A DNA stretch of 26,605 nucleotides from positions 1 to 26,605 of the IMG/VR virus record IMGVR_UViG_3300037465_000671; one strand, 5' to 3'. The stretch comes from a virus (taxonomy: Duplodnaviria > Caudoviricetes). The notes below the pieces were generated by a model. It searched no databases. It had not been told where the DNA came from and saw nothing but the letters and a program-made list of their open reading frames with translations. Shown here piece after piece: positions 7,377 through 20,000 of this stretch. The first letter of the stretch is position 1. Each line of letters begins with the position of its first letter. The translations under genes were made by a program, and so were the position numbers.

Positions 7377-7532
7377 AGCCTCGTCTTCATCTTCGTCTTC
7401 GCTCGTTAAATATCGGGCAACTTCTTCGAGCGAGTCGGCGTAATCCTGCATTTTTTGGGCTTCTTCTCTTAAAAGAGCTTGGAGTTCTTCAAGTTGCTTG
7501 AGTTTTTTGGCTGCTTTTGTTTCGGTTCTCAT
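7257..7532 (-). CDS. Hypothetical acidic helical protein, divergent from the HTH gene
   Basis: ATG start with GAGAG upstream and coiled-coil-like composition. The last 10 aa arise from the 76-bp duplication. Confidence 0.6.
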   Translation of the reverse strand: MRTETKAAKKLKQLEELQALLREEAQKMQDYADSLEEVARYLTSEDEDEDEAKGFLWELEDYCSYLEALAKDTRAEIKRFLVGTGRLLQLP

Positions 7533-7753
7533 GATTTTCTCTCGTTCGTTGTTTGATTTTACTCTTTACTTTACTTTGGGCTTGGCGCGAATGCCTTGCG
7601 CTTTTCTCTTGTTTCTATATTACTAACTAAATGATACTATTGCCAATGTGCTAGCAATACTATTTACTTATAAATAGTCAGGCTAAACATTATTAGTGCT
7701 AATTAGCTAGCAATACTAGCCATGTGATAGTATTGAGAGGTAAAAATTGGAAA
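7533..7753. promoter_or_regulatory. AT-rich divergent promoter region with repeated candidate operators
   Basis: GCTAGCAATACTA occurs at 7650-7662 and 7706-7718, with related TACTATTGC and TAGTATTG half-sites, between two divergent genes. Confidence 0.55.
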
Positions 7754-7975
7754 ATGCCAGTGAAAAACAAAATCAAACCGTTTTTAGACAGTAGAAAGAT
7801 TACGGCTTACAGATTCAGGCAAGATGTAGGAATAGCGCAACGAACGGCTTACGATCTGTACAACAATCCAGATCGACTACCTTCATCTACTGTTTTGAGC
7901 AAAATCTGCGACGCTTACGAGGTTCAACCCAACGATTTATTAGAGTGGGACAAAAAAGAAAAAGCCAATAGTTAA
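7754..7975 (+). CDS. Xre/Cro-C1 family helix-turn-helix regulator
   Basis: ITAYRFRQDVGIAQRTAYDLYNN...PSSTVLSKICDAYEVQPNDLLEW is a typical single-domain Cro/C1 HTH. ATG 7754 is preferred as the start. Confidence 0.88.
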   Translation: MPVKNKIKPFLDSRKITAYRFRQDVGIAQRTAYDLYNNPDRLPSSTVLSKICDAYEVQPNDLLEWDKKEKANS

Positions 7976-8087
7976 GCCATTTTAGTTTTAGAACGCCTTC
8001 AGCATTACTGCTTTCCCCCGCTTGGGTGGCTTGGAATTTATTGCCGTTAATTTCCAAGGATATCGTGCTAGTGCTAATCGGTAACGT

Positions 8088-11000
8088 TCACTCAAACTTA
8101 TTTCGCGCCGATTCTAAGCGAGAGCTGTAGTCTCTCAAAGTCTGACTTTGACTCTTTCTAAAGCTATCGGCATCAGGTGAATAGACTTTGAACTGGTTTT
8201 GAATGGTGATATTGCGATCGCCTTCTCCTTTTCCTCTTCTACTCACAGGTGCGATCGTGCTGGCATAATTAACGTTTCCGACCGTGCCACCATTGGCGTA
8301 GCGATCGACCTGGGTATTAGCTTTCATCTTTACCCAGTCTCCATTTGCTTTGAGAGCGCGATAAAATTGAGCGTCGCCATTCTTGTCGGTGAGGATTTCT
8401 TCGTTTGCACGAGCAACAACTGGAATTGCACCTACTCCTTCTAAAGCCATTGCCCGCTTAATTCCCAGTCCTAAACTCAAAGCATCTGTAGCAACCGAGT
8501 TCATACTAATCCCAACCGTGCCACCATCATCGAAATTGCCAACAGCAGCGCCAGCCAACGCCGACAAGCCCGAACTAAGCGCGCCTCCTCCACCTCCACC
8601 TCCACCGCCGCCGAACATCGGAGTAGAGCCGCCACCAATACCCAAAAAGTCGCCAAATAACCACTGCACGATCTTCATGGAAGCCATCTTCGCCGCCATA
8701 TCCGCAAACATTTGGAGGACTCCCTTCGCGAGATTCCCCAAGCTGCCCAACAAGCCCGCCTCGAATCTGAAGAAGGAACTTAACGCCCCCTCCAAATTTC
8801 GCCCTACACCATCGCGAATCTCCAAAGCCAAACTGTTGAATCGATCTTTGATGTTGGAGAGTTCTTGGGCATCTATTTGGTCGAGTAAATTGCTGATTTG
8901 TTGCAGTCGATCGGGATCGAGGATACCCGCTGCTTTAGCTTTGTCAAAAGTCTCGATTCGTCGTATTTGTTGGTTGAAAGGGAGCATCTGCAAATCAAAT
9001 TCAGCTTGCCGAGCCGCTTTATAGTACGGGCTAATCCATTCCCCCAACCCTTGGGATCGAGCGTCAAATAGTTGTTTGCTCAGATCGCCGAAGATCGTCA
9101 TTTGGTCTAGTTGCTTTTGCAGTCTCGTGCGGGTGCTTTCGGTAAATCGCGCGAGATCCTTTATCCCCTCTAATTTGTCGATCGAGGTTTGCAGGATGGT
9201 GCTTACCTTTTTCATCATTTGTTGATAGGAGATAGCGCCCGCGCTGTAGGCTTTGACTGTAGCCTCGATCTCGCTCCTCTCTTCCGGCTTGATTTCGAGG
9301 GTGTCAAAGGCGGCAAATAGTTTTTGAGGGTCGATCGCCCCTTCGGATTTTTTAAGCGTCTCCATTAAATCCGCCATCGAGTCGATTCGATCTTGGATTT
9401 CTCGGACTGCAACCTGGCCCGCCAAAGCCGCCTGTTCGTCGATGGTCTGTCCGCCGCCGTATTTAAGCAGGATTTCTGCTACTTTCCTCTGCGCCTCCTC
9501 TCCTTGTTTGAGCAAATCCCGACGACGTTTGGCTAAATCGAGTATTTGCGCGTTGGCTTCAGCAATGCGAGACGTAAGTATGGAATCGCGCTTAATCGTC
9601 TCGTTCTGCGCCGCAACCGCACGATACTGCCTTACGGTTTGGGCGAATCCCGCTATTTGGCTGTCGAGCTTTTGCTGGTTAGCCCGTTGCAAGAAGGAGG
9701 TGACAGGCTTGTAGGGCTTGTAGTCGGCTTCTGGTGGGGGGTATCTGTTATCCGCGATGTTTCCAGGCAGACCGCTCGACCCCGCTGCCGCGCCTGACTG
9801 TTGAGGGTACGTCGCATAATAATTACGGTTATCCGAAGTCGCGTTTCCCCCCCCTACCCACGTATAGAGGCGATCGCTAGCAGTTTTCATTTGCCCGTAC
9901 GCCCCACGCAGTTCGTTATTCAGCCGCTGTAGTTCCCCCTGCAATTGTTGTCCCTTGGGCGATAGGTGGTTTTGTCCTTGCTGATAGCGGGCTAAATTTC
10001 TCATCTCGTAGCCGTACTTATTCGCCCACTCTTGACCGTCATACACGACTTCATTCTTGAGTTGCTGCTGGACGCTGACTATTTGTTGCTGGATTGTTTT
10101 GTACTGGGCTTTAAAAAAGTCAAACTGCGATTTAGCAGCAGGGTTGATGGCAAATCCCCCACCGCTGACGGCATTGCTGCTGACGGCATTGCTGCTGACG
10201 GCATTGCTGCTGACGGCATTAACATTGGCGTTGTTGCCGATCGCGCTAGCAATTCCACCGCCCAACTTGCTAGGATCTAGTCCTTGTAAATGCGCTGCTG
10301 CATTGGTTAGCTGCTGTCCGGCGTTTGCCAGGACATTACCAGAATCGATCAGGTTGCTGCTACCGCTCTGCAATTCGGATGCCGCTTGCTTCAGCACTGA
10401 CTCAGTAAGGTTAAGCGTCGAAAGCTTTTGCTGAAGCTCTGCCATCTTCTCGTTAAGCTGCTGCTGTTTTTCAACGAAGCCCTGCATCTTTTCTCGATAC
10501 GCTTCCGCTGCGTCGATCTCTTTTTGGTATAGTTCCGACCGTCGCTCTTGCAATTCCTCAAGTTTTTGCTGTAGCTCCTCACCCTTGGCTTTAGTGCCGC
10601 GTCCTACAGTATCCAATTCATCCAGCAGCCCGCTAAACCATTCAGCCAGCTTGACGGCTGGCGAGTCTACCCCTGCGCCACTTTTTAGAAGTTGGGTTTT
10701 GAGAGGCAGGATTGCGTTCTCTCGTGCCAGTTTTTGAATCTCCAATTGGAGATCTCTAGTTTGCTTTTTAATGTCGTCGATCGCCTTAGAGTATTCCTTG
10801 CCAAGATCTCTGAGCGATTTTTGGTAATCGCGGTTAGCCTTACTAATCTCGCGTCCCAGATCGCCCATTTCCTTCTGCGTGCTGGCGATATCCTTGAGTA
10901 CGGTTTTGCGCTCTGAGGCAATATCTATCAACTGCTTGAAGATATCGCTACCTTGGTCGATTAAATCCAACTGACTGGTACTAATGTCCTTAAGTTGTTG

Positions 11001-14000
11001 CAAGCGCTGCTTGACATTATCCGAGCGAGCCTTGGACGTAGCATCAACATCTAGAATTGCTTTCTCGATTTGGTATCTCGAAGCTTTTAACGGATCGCCG
11101 CCTAATAATTGCCTTAGATCGGCAAGTTCTTCTTTATGCAGTCCCATGGCGATTGCTTTGCGCCTCATTTCGATAATTTGCCGGCGCAATTCTATTTCTT
11201 GCCGCAGGTTCTGGACGGTGAGGATTTTCTCGGCAGCTTCAAATTGCTCCTTGGTTTGCCCCTGCTGGTAAGCTTCACGATAGACGCTAGCTTTGTTAAG
11301 CTTGGCTGCTGCGGATAAATCGAACTCTTTAGAAGCGATCGCTGCCATCGCTTTGTTGAGGGCTGCGGTGGCCGCTGGCAAGCGTCTTTCCCCTAGTTCG
11401 CGCCAATAAGCCAAAGACTCTGTAGCTAGATCGCGCTGCTTAGACTTTAGATCGAGCAAAGTTGCTAAATAATCCTTGGTTGCGCCATGGGTGCGAATCA
11501 GTCCGGCGTTGACCCTATCGTTTGCCGATTGCACTTGCGAGAAAGATGCCGTCAGGGGGCTGCCGCCTAACGCTTTAAATACTTCTGTCATCTCATCAGG
11601 AAGTAATTTACTGGTGGCTTCTTTGATGGTTGAGGCTAACTCTTTCCCTAAATTCTCAATCCGAGCTTTTTGCTTGCTAAAGTCAATATCCGCTAGCTTA
11701 AACTCTGCAAAGCCTTTGGTAAATCCAGAATTGGCGATCGCTACCTGTTGTTTGAGATAAAATTCATCGATCGAGCGCGATAGATCGTCGTAGCTGTAAA
11801 CTAACTCCTTGAGTCGCACGGCATAGGCTGCGACTAATTCCCCGTTACTCCTAAATATGCCTTGAGCTTGAATTTCGGCATTATAGTAATCTGCTAATGC
11901 TTTCTGGCTTTCTCTGGACGCTTCTTTGAGCCTGATTAACCCGCTTGCAAATGCCTTTAAATTGCCCGACACTGGCAATTTCTTGTCCGTCTGCTCCAGT
12001 TTTACGGCTAACTCCTCAAGCTGCTTGTTGGTCAATTTAAAAGGGTCTAGATTGAAGCCGAATTCAGCTAGCTCTTTCTGCATGGCAGGTGCCGATTGCT
12101 TGAGTTGTCTGGCAATGGTACGAACCAGAGCATCTAGCACTCTGGCCGTACTTTTTAAATCTAGTCGCTGGTTAGCTTGTTGCATGGCATCAGCCATGGC
12201 AGGAGGTAACTGGTTGGTGAGGATGGACTTAGCGGTATCGAGCGATCGCTCGATTGACTTTTCATCTACTAAGTCAATCTTCAGTCCTTTAAAACGAGCT
12301 TCTTGGACGGCAAGGGCATCAGATAAACCGTGAAGGCTCCGCTTGTAGTCGTCTGCGGCTTTTTGCTGTTGCACCAAAGCTTCATTAAAACCTAAGCTAG
12401 CTTGCTCTGCTTCTGTAGTTAATTGGTTAAATTGCTCTAATCCAGTCAATAAAGCATCCTGCTCTGGAGTAAATTGAAATACCTCTTTAAGTTCTTTAAG
12501 TCGTTCGATGTCTCCCGCGCCTATAGCGTGTAAAGGCTTTTTAGCTAGGGTTTCTATAAATTTTTGGTCTGCTTCTTTTGTGCTTAGAATAGCATGTTTT
12601 ATCTTTTTTAATTGGTCGTCAACCGCTCTATAACGAGCCTCGGCATTTATCGCCCCAGCTTCGGCATTTGCCAATCCTTCTCGTTCTGGTAAAATCTCCC
12701 GATCGAGTATGCGTTTAGCGACATTGCCTTTTACCATAGCTTCACCTAATTCCAAAGAAGCTTTGATATTGGCAAATTCAAAACCAAGCTCCTTAAGAGC
12801 ATTGGTGGTATTTTGAGTGCCATTCTCTATGCTTTTCCAAAACCGATTGACAGTATCGAGAATGCCTCTAATATTGGCTATCTGCTTATCGATATTGCTA
12901 GCGGTGACGGGATCTAGAGCGCCTTTTTCGTCTAAAACTTCTTTAGTTTTTTTAAGCGTTTCTATTTGCCTTTCGAGCCAGCTAATATCGCCACCAGGAA
13001 TGAGGTTGATTTTTATTTCTGCTTTCTCTGCTTCTAGTTGCTCTAGCTTTAGTTTTAAGTTGGAGCGTTCTTCAGGAGTGAGCCTGTTCTCTACTAAAGA
13101 CAGTTGAATTTCGCCTTGAGTAATTTCAATGGCTTTTAATTTTTCTCGGTATTTCTCTATAGCAGATGGATCTACTTCTAACTTGATAACTTTAGATCTG
13201 ACATTTCTCAGAACGGTAGCTAAGTCTTCAGCGTTTTTACGATATTTCTCTAACGCTTGCTGGCTAGACATTGATGCTACGGGATTAATATTTTCTTCGT
13301 ATTCTTCATGGGACATTTCTTTTAATCCCATTTTTTTGCGGCGTTCGTTAATCCCTTCTCTGCCACCAAATGGTGCATCTATTAATCTAGTAAGATCTGC
13401 TAAGCTATCGTAAAACCAACTGCCACTTTTAAATGGCTTTTCACGAGCGCCTAATTTTTCTACAGTTTTATCTAATTGTCCTAACTTGTCGATAACTTCC
13501 GGCGTCTTCTTAACAATAAGATTAAAACCAGCGCCGATGGCATCTACTAAAGCAAATATTCCAGCAAAAGCCGCGCCTTGTAAAGCAACAGCGGACACCC
13601 CACTCATTACCGCTTTAAGTAGTCCAATTTGCTTGGCCAGCAATCCAAACTGAGTACCCGTTTCGATCGCGTGCTTGATTAAATGCGCTAAGAAAGTAAC
13701 TAAATTTACCGCAGCTAAGACAGTAAAAGCTATAATTAAATTTCCTGCGTTAGCTGCTGCAAACTCCAACGCATTCCCTAAGGTATTAAATAAAGGAATT
13801 AGGATGCCCGCGCTCCCTGCCATAGCATCAAACATTCCTTTGCCTAAACTTCGCTCTAAACTAAATCCTAAATTCCTCCAAGCATTTTGGACTTTGGTTG
13901 CTCTGCCGATTTCCGAACTAGCAAATACTTGAGACTCTTTATCTAATTGCTGGATAAACCGAATAACTTCTTCGTAACCGATCGCGCCAGCCTTAACATT

Positions 14001-17000
14001 TCTTAATAACTCAGCAGGAGCTTGATTTAACGCTCTGGCAAATATTTGAATAGCTCCTGGCAAGCTTTCTGATAGCTGTTGCCTTAGCTCCTCGGCGGAC
14101 ACTTTACCTTTAGAAATCATTTGAGTAACGGCAGAGAGCGATCGCTCTTGCGCTTGTCCTGAAATCCCCATTAAAGTAAGCGATTCGCTCAAAGAAGCAA
14201 ATAAGTCGGCACGTCCTTCCAGTGGCGTTTGATAAGAAGCAGCCAATAATTGAGGAGTGCCTTGCAAGGTAGAGCGCAAGTCTATGGCTTTATCTTTGAG
14301 GCGATCGATAAATGTTTCAGCATTGCCACCTTTAAAAGCGTCCATTGACTGGGCAAAGAAAGCAACGTTTTTGGCCGTTTCTAAAGCTTGCCTGCCAAAC
14401 CTGACAAAAGCAGTTGTCACCAAAGTAATACCAGCAGCAGATAAACCCAAAAATACCAATCGTTCTCCAGTGATACCGATAGCTTTACCCATATCGATCG
14501 CGCTTTGAATAAAATCGGTATTAAACAATTGGTTTAACTGATGGCGCAATTGTTTTGCCATATCCATGGCAGTATTAAAGCGATTGGGGTCTAAATTTAT
14601 ATCGGTGGGTAAATTGCCAAATTCTTTTTTTATCTCTGCTACAAATCCATTTAATTTAGTCTTGACCTTACCTAAATTAGTTTTAATTTTACTTGCTATT
14701 GCATTTCCAGTAAAATATAAATCAATACTGCGTTCTAATTGACTCCCCCATACTTTTCCTACTGCGGCTAAAGCGGGATTATTAGATGCAGCTAAAGCTA
14801 TTTGCTGATTTGCTAACCGCAAAGCGATCGCGGCTTTTTGAGTTGAATCGCTATTTACCAAGCTGCTAACAATAGGATCGATATGTGCGGCTAGTGCTGT
14901 TGTTGCTTTTGATGGCTGCTTTCCTATTCTTAGATTGGCTAGCCTTGCTAGGGCTTTTTCCAAAGGAGCTATAGCATTGGTATTGCCTGCTTTTACCTTT
15001 TCCAGTAATCCTAGAGCCACCCTCAATTGGACCTCTTCGGTTTTCCAAAGAGCAGCCATATCAGCCTTAAGCGTGGCTAAGTAAGCTTTATCGTTTTGAC
15101 TTCTGACAGCAAATCCTGCTGTCGTGTTTTTAACCTGAGCTTCAATACTTTGTTGTTGCAATTGCAGTGAAAAGTCTTTTCGGGACGCAAAAGCTGGACT
15201 GATTATTCCAGCCTTAAGATCGGCGGCTAACTGCAATCTTTTAGTTTTAATAGCCTTCCATTGGACTTCAAGGGTAGCAAGGGTCGTTTTCAGATTTTCT
15301 TGGTCGCGCTTTAGTTGCTGTTGCGCGCCTTTATAAAATATTTTTAATCGGTCTAGTTCTTCAATGCTTGGCTGTCCTTTTGCCGCTGAATGGTGAAGTG
15401 ATTCCATGATTGCGTCGGCAACGCTTTTGCCTTTAACCGCTAGTCGCCCCAATCCATTGCCTAAGCCAATCTCTAAGCCTTGGACAATAAAATGAGCGAT
15501 CGCGATCGCTTTTTTTGAAGGAGACCGAACATCAGCGCCTTTTTTCAATCCTTCGATCGCCCCTTTGCCTAAAGCTTCGCCTGCATCCACTGCCGAAGAA
15601 ACGAATAACCCCATTTCTAAGCCTTTGGCAATAAAATCAGCTATTTTTGCGCTTTCTTTCTGATAGCTAGCTAATTGCTTTTTCAAGTCCTTGGAAGAGG
15701 CTTTGCCCGATAGTTTTTTTACCGCTTCATTAGCCGCCTTAGATTGAGCGTCCAAGTACTGGAACAACATCGATACGCCCAGATTAGCTTCACCTGGCTT
15801 GGTGTTGGCTATCATGGATTCGATTGTTTTAAAAAGCGAATTTCTGATTTTGCCAATTCGCTCTAATGCTGTGGAAATATCGGCTTCTGGCTGATTGCTA
15901 AAATCGTTTAGAACGGCGATCGCGTTTTCGATAATTTCCTTGGCTTCAGAAAACTTTTTAAGCTGTCCTTTGGCAGCTTTTAGCTGTACGGCAGCATTAG
16001 CCATACCCAAAGACTCTTCCCCCTTAGTTCTCTCTTCTTTAGGCTTGCTGCGAACGACTTTGGTTTTTTCGTCTAAGTTCTTGGCTGCAACCTCTACAAC
16101 GTGCTGTTGGTGGGCGATCGCTTGCTCGATCAATCCAGCATTTAAAAGATCGTCTCCCTTTTTACGCTGTTGCGAAATTTGTTGGTTGAGAGTTGGCTTA
16201 GACTTAGACTTAGCAGCCTCGATTTGTTGTTGCTTGGACAGGAGTTGATTGAGCTTTTTAAGCTCCTCCCCCTCAGCAGGCATGAGTTGGTTGGTAGCAC
16301 TGTAAGAATGCTCCGCAATTTTACCCAAAGCAGTTTCTATGGTTTTCTTGCCCGCACCTGCAATACCTAAATCGATACCGCCCGTTAAAACTGCTTTAGT
16401 CATACCTGAAACTGCCCGATCGATCGCGCTTGGGATAGAAGCAGCAAATTCGGACGCACCAGTTACGATGCCATGTACGCCTGGAATATTGCCAGCAAAG
16501 TGCCCCGCTTGTACTAATCCAGAACCTATAGCACGAGCGGCTGTTGTCTGGAATATCGGCAGGCTTCCTAAAGCCGAACCGATCCGCCCTGGAATTGAAA
16601 TTAGAGAGGCAGTAACGCCCTCGCCTACGGCAGAAGAAATTGGAGACACCAGCAGATCGGTCAAAGTATGGATTACTTGGCCCGCAGTTCCTCCTGTAGC
16701 GGCATTTACTCCCATCATTCCCGCCATGGGGAGCAAGAAATTAGCGCCCAAGTCTCGCGTCGCCTGACCGAAGGGCAGAGCATTTAGGACGGGTTTTTCT
16801 ACCGCTTTTAATTGCGTCCAGCCGCGATGCACGGTAACGATCGTACCGCTAATAAAATGGTTGAGGACGTACAAGAAATCTTCAGCCGATTTTTTGAGGT
16901 ATGCCCTCAACTTAATTTCTTGCTCCGTATAAGCTTTTCCTAATTGAGTAGACCTAAGATCGATCTTGCCAAACTCTGGAACTTGGTAATCAAAACCAAA

Positions 17001-20000
17001 GCGATCGAACGCTTTATTAATGCCTCGCCTACCCCAATCGATACCTTTATTTAACCCCCTGCTGGCATTGTTCAGGACGAATTCGCCTGGCCGCCATAGT
17101 TCTCCAGCCAATACCCCTAAATTATATGCTGCTTTATGGGGATCGAATTCCAGATCGATTCTGATGTTGGGGTTATCTTCGCTAAGTTTTCCTAGTCGAG
17201 GAATTGACAAGTTGAATCGCTTATTGATTAAATCGGTCCCTTGGTTGAGACGATCGACTCCATGGTTTAAAACTGCAGCTAAATTATCTAAAGAAGTTTT
17301 AATAATTGTGACTTCTGGTGCGATTGAAATATCGGCGATAACAGGTCTTGATTCGCCCCAAGCATCTTCTAGCTTTTCTTCTTGCCGAGCAATTGCGGCT
17401 TCTGGTGCGATTGAGATATCGGCGATAACAGGTCTTGATTCGCTCCAAGCATCTTCTAGCTTTTCTTCTTGCCGAGCAATTGCGCCAATATGTTGGGCGA
17501 TCGCTAGTACGGTCAGATCTAAATTCTGTAAAACTTTAATTAAGCGATCGAACGGTTTTTCTAGCTTGATTCCTGCTTGGGGTACTGCTTGGGGTAATTC
17601 GGTTTCCCCCGCAGTTTCTGAATTTTTTATGCCTGCGATTGTTTTCTTGGCTTTAGCTTTAGCAAAATATTGTTCGTTATATTTGGCAATTTCAGCTAAT
17701 ATTTGAGGATCGGTTGCTTTTGGGTAAATCTGTAATGGTAAATCGGGGGTGTTAGTTTCTCTATTTTCTAAAGTGAAGTATTTGCGAATATTTTCAGGTA
17801 AATGTTTTGTAAAATCAGCATTAAAGCCTTCAAAAACACCACCCTTTAAAGACATAGCTAATTGCTGCAATGCGGGCTTAATCGTAGAAGATGTAGTTTC
17901 ACTTATTGCTTCTTCTACGGTTTTTATTGCCTTAGCCAATTCTTCAGTTTGCAATAATTTGAGGGCTTTAGAATTTGCAGCCATAGCTTCTGCAAATTCT
18001 GTAGAAACGTCATCGGCTAACTGCATAGCCTCGATTAACTCTAAAGCTTCTTTATTTATTTTTTCTAGCGATTGAGTAGCAGCTATAGCTTGACCTAGGC
18101 TTTTAAATTCACTACCTAAGCCTTTCTCCGTACTTTGATTAATTCCTAAAGTTTTAGCTAACGACGCTATAGTAGTTTTATAATTTTTACCGATTTCTAA
18201 TCCTGCCGCTAATTGGGGGGTAATTTCCATCTGCCCTTTGATAGATTTAAAAGCGCGTTCGGATTTAGTAAACATAGATAGGACATTAGCTATGTCCTGA
18301 AACATTAATGCAGAAAAATTGCCTTCTTGCAGTTTATCTCTACGATAAAACGCTCCTCCATGAATCCGGCTCATAGGATCTTTGCCGCTTTCTAGATCCT
18401 CTAACGCCATCATTTGTCTGTACGGATAAACGTATTTAGTTTGGTTCATAAACTCGTCTTTTAAAGCTTGAGAAGTTTCAGCGACGAATTCTTTAACCAC
18501 GCCTTTAAAGCCCCTTTTATGAAGCTCTGCGGCAACTTGGGGATGAGGTACTATTTGCCCTAGCGCGTGGGAATCCGACTGCACGTCCAATCGAGGCACG
18601 ATCAGATCGGCAGCCTGTGATTTAGTACCGCCAAACATTCCCGAAAACAGAGGATTATTCAGCGCATCTTGCTCGGCTACTACACTAAAATAGGATGAAG
18701 GCTTACCCGTTACCGGCTTCAAGTAATCACCAATTCCAAAACCAACAGCCTTAGCTTCTTCCCCTAGAAACTCCAACGCTTTTGCCGTATTCCTAATTAC
18801 TTGAGTTCCCCAAGAAAAGCCCGCATACTGTATATTTTCATCTGCATATCCTTTTTTTTGGGCTGCTTTACGAATCGCCATCATTCGCACGGCTTCGGTC
18901 GAGTAACCCATTACTAAGCCAGAAACTAAATCTATATACGAATTTGGTATGCGGTTATAGTTTAAAGCTTTATGCTTAGCTGCTTCTTCTGGCGAAGGCT
19001 CTGGGGTAAGTTGTTTGCCTAATGCCTCCGCTATGGGAACAAATAAAGACTGAAATGGATTGAGATTATTTAGGTCGGTGTGAAAAGGGTTATAGGTAGG
19101 ATTTGTAGCCGTGATTGCTTGCGATCCAGGAAATAACGACCGAATAACAGGAAAATGTTCCTCAGCGCCCCTGCCAAAATCAGAAATTGCGTTGGCATAG
19201 ATTGTCAAAGAACTATTAGCATCTACTAATTCTGGAACTAGATCGGCAAAAGAATCTGCCAACTTTTCAGCTTCAACGTTCATTTGGATCGCGTTAGCTT
19301 TACGAAGAAAATTGGTAGAAACCCTAAAGATATTGCCCAGCAACGTTGCGTGCCTTAAAAAATCTTTTAAACCGCTTTCATTTAAAACTTCATAGCTTGC
19401 CTGTTCTACCGCGTTTGCTAATTCCCTAGCGCCCCACTTTTTAGGCGAACCCTTGACAGCATTACGCATCTCAAAAGCTTTAGTTTTTACTTCTTCTTCC
19501 GTAGCTTCATCCCCTAAGTCCTTTCTGATTTCTCTTTCAGAAATTTCAACAACTTTAGCTATAATTGCTTTGGCGTAATCGGTAGATCCCTCTTCTGCTA
19601 TTCCGGTCTGTAAAGATTTTTGATTTACTCCTTTTGCCCCCATAGGCGTAAGAGCATTGCTCATAAGCGACAATTTGCTGCCTAAACCATTTTTAAGTAA
19701 ATCTATCCTAGAACTTATTGCTTTACCTAAATCGTCGTAAATTACATCGCGAATAAAAACGGCAAATACATCTTCTACTTTTCCCATAGCGGTAAAAAAC
19801 GGCTCTGGATGGAAAAAGTCAGATGCCTGTTTGCCAAATGCTTGCCAATCTGCTTTTAATCCTTCAATCCCATCTTCATAAGATAATAATTCTTTGGCAA
19901 AATAGTCGCCAAACTCTAAAGCCCTACCCTTAAATTCTACGATTAAATGTTTATTGGTAGTATCAAAATCTGCTTTAGCTTGTTGTCTGATAGTTTGATC

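Larger units (their letters stand above)
437..8221. repeat. HIP1 octamer GCGATCGC, dispersed (continues across the whole window)
   Basis: Copies read directly at 437, 1281, 1980, 2058, 4567, 5023, 5883, 6738, 6912, 7042, 7069 and 8214, with many more beyond. Fewer than one per window is expected by chance. Confidence 0.95.

Noticed and set aside
8020-8048. CTTGGAA...TTCCAAG hairpin between the convergent HTH and tape measure genes
   Set aside because: The stem is weak and has no clear U-tract, which is insufficient to call a terminator.
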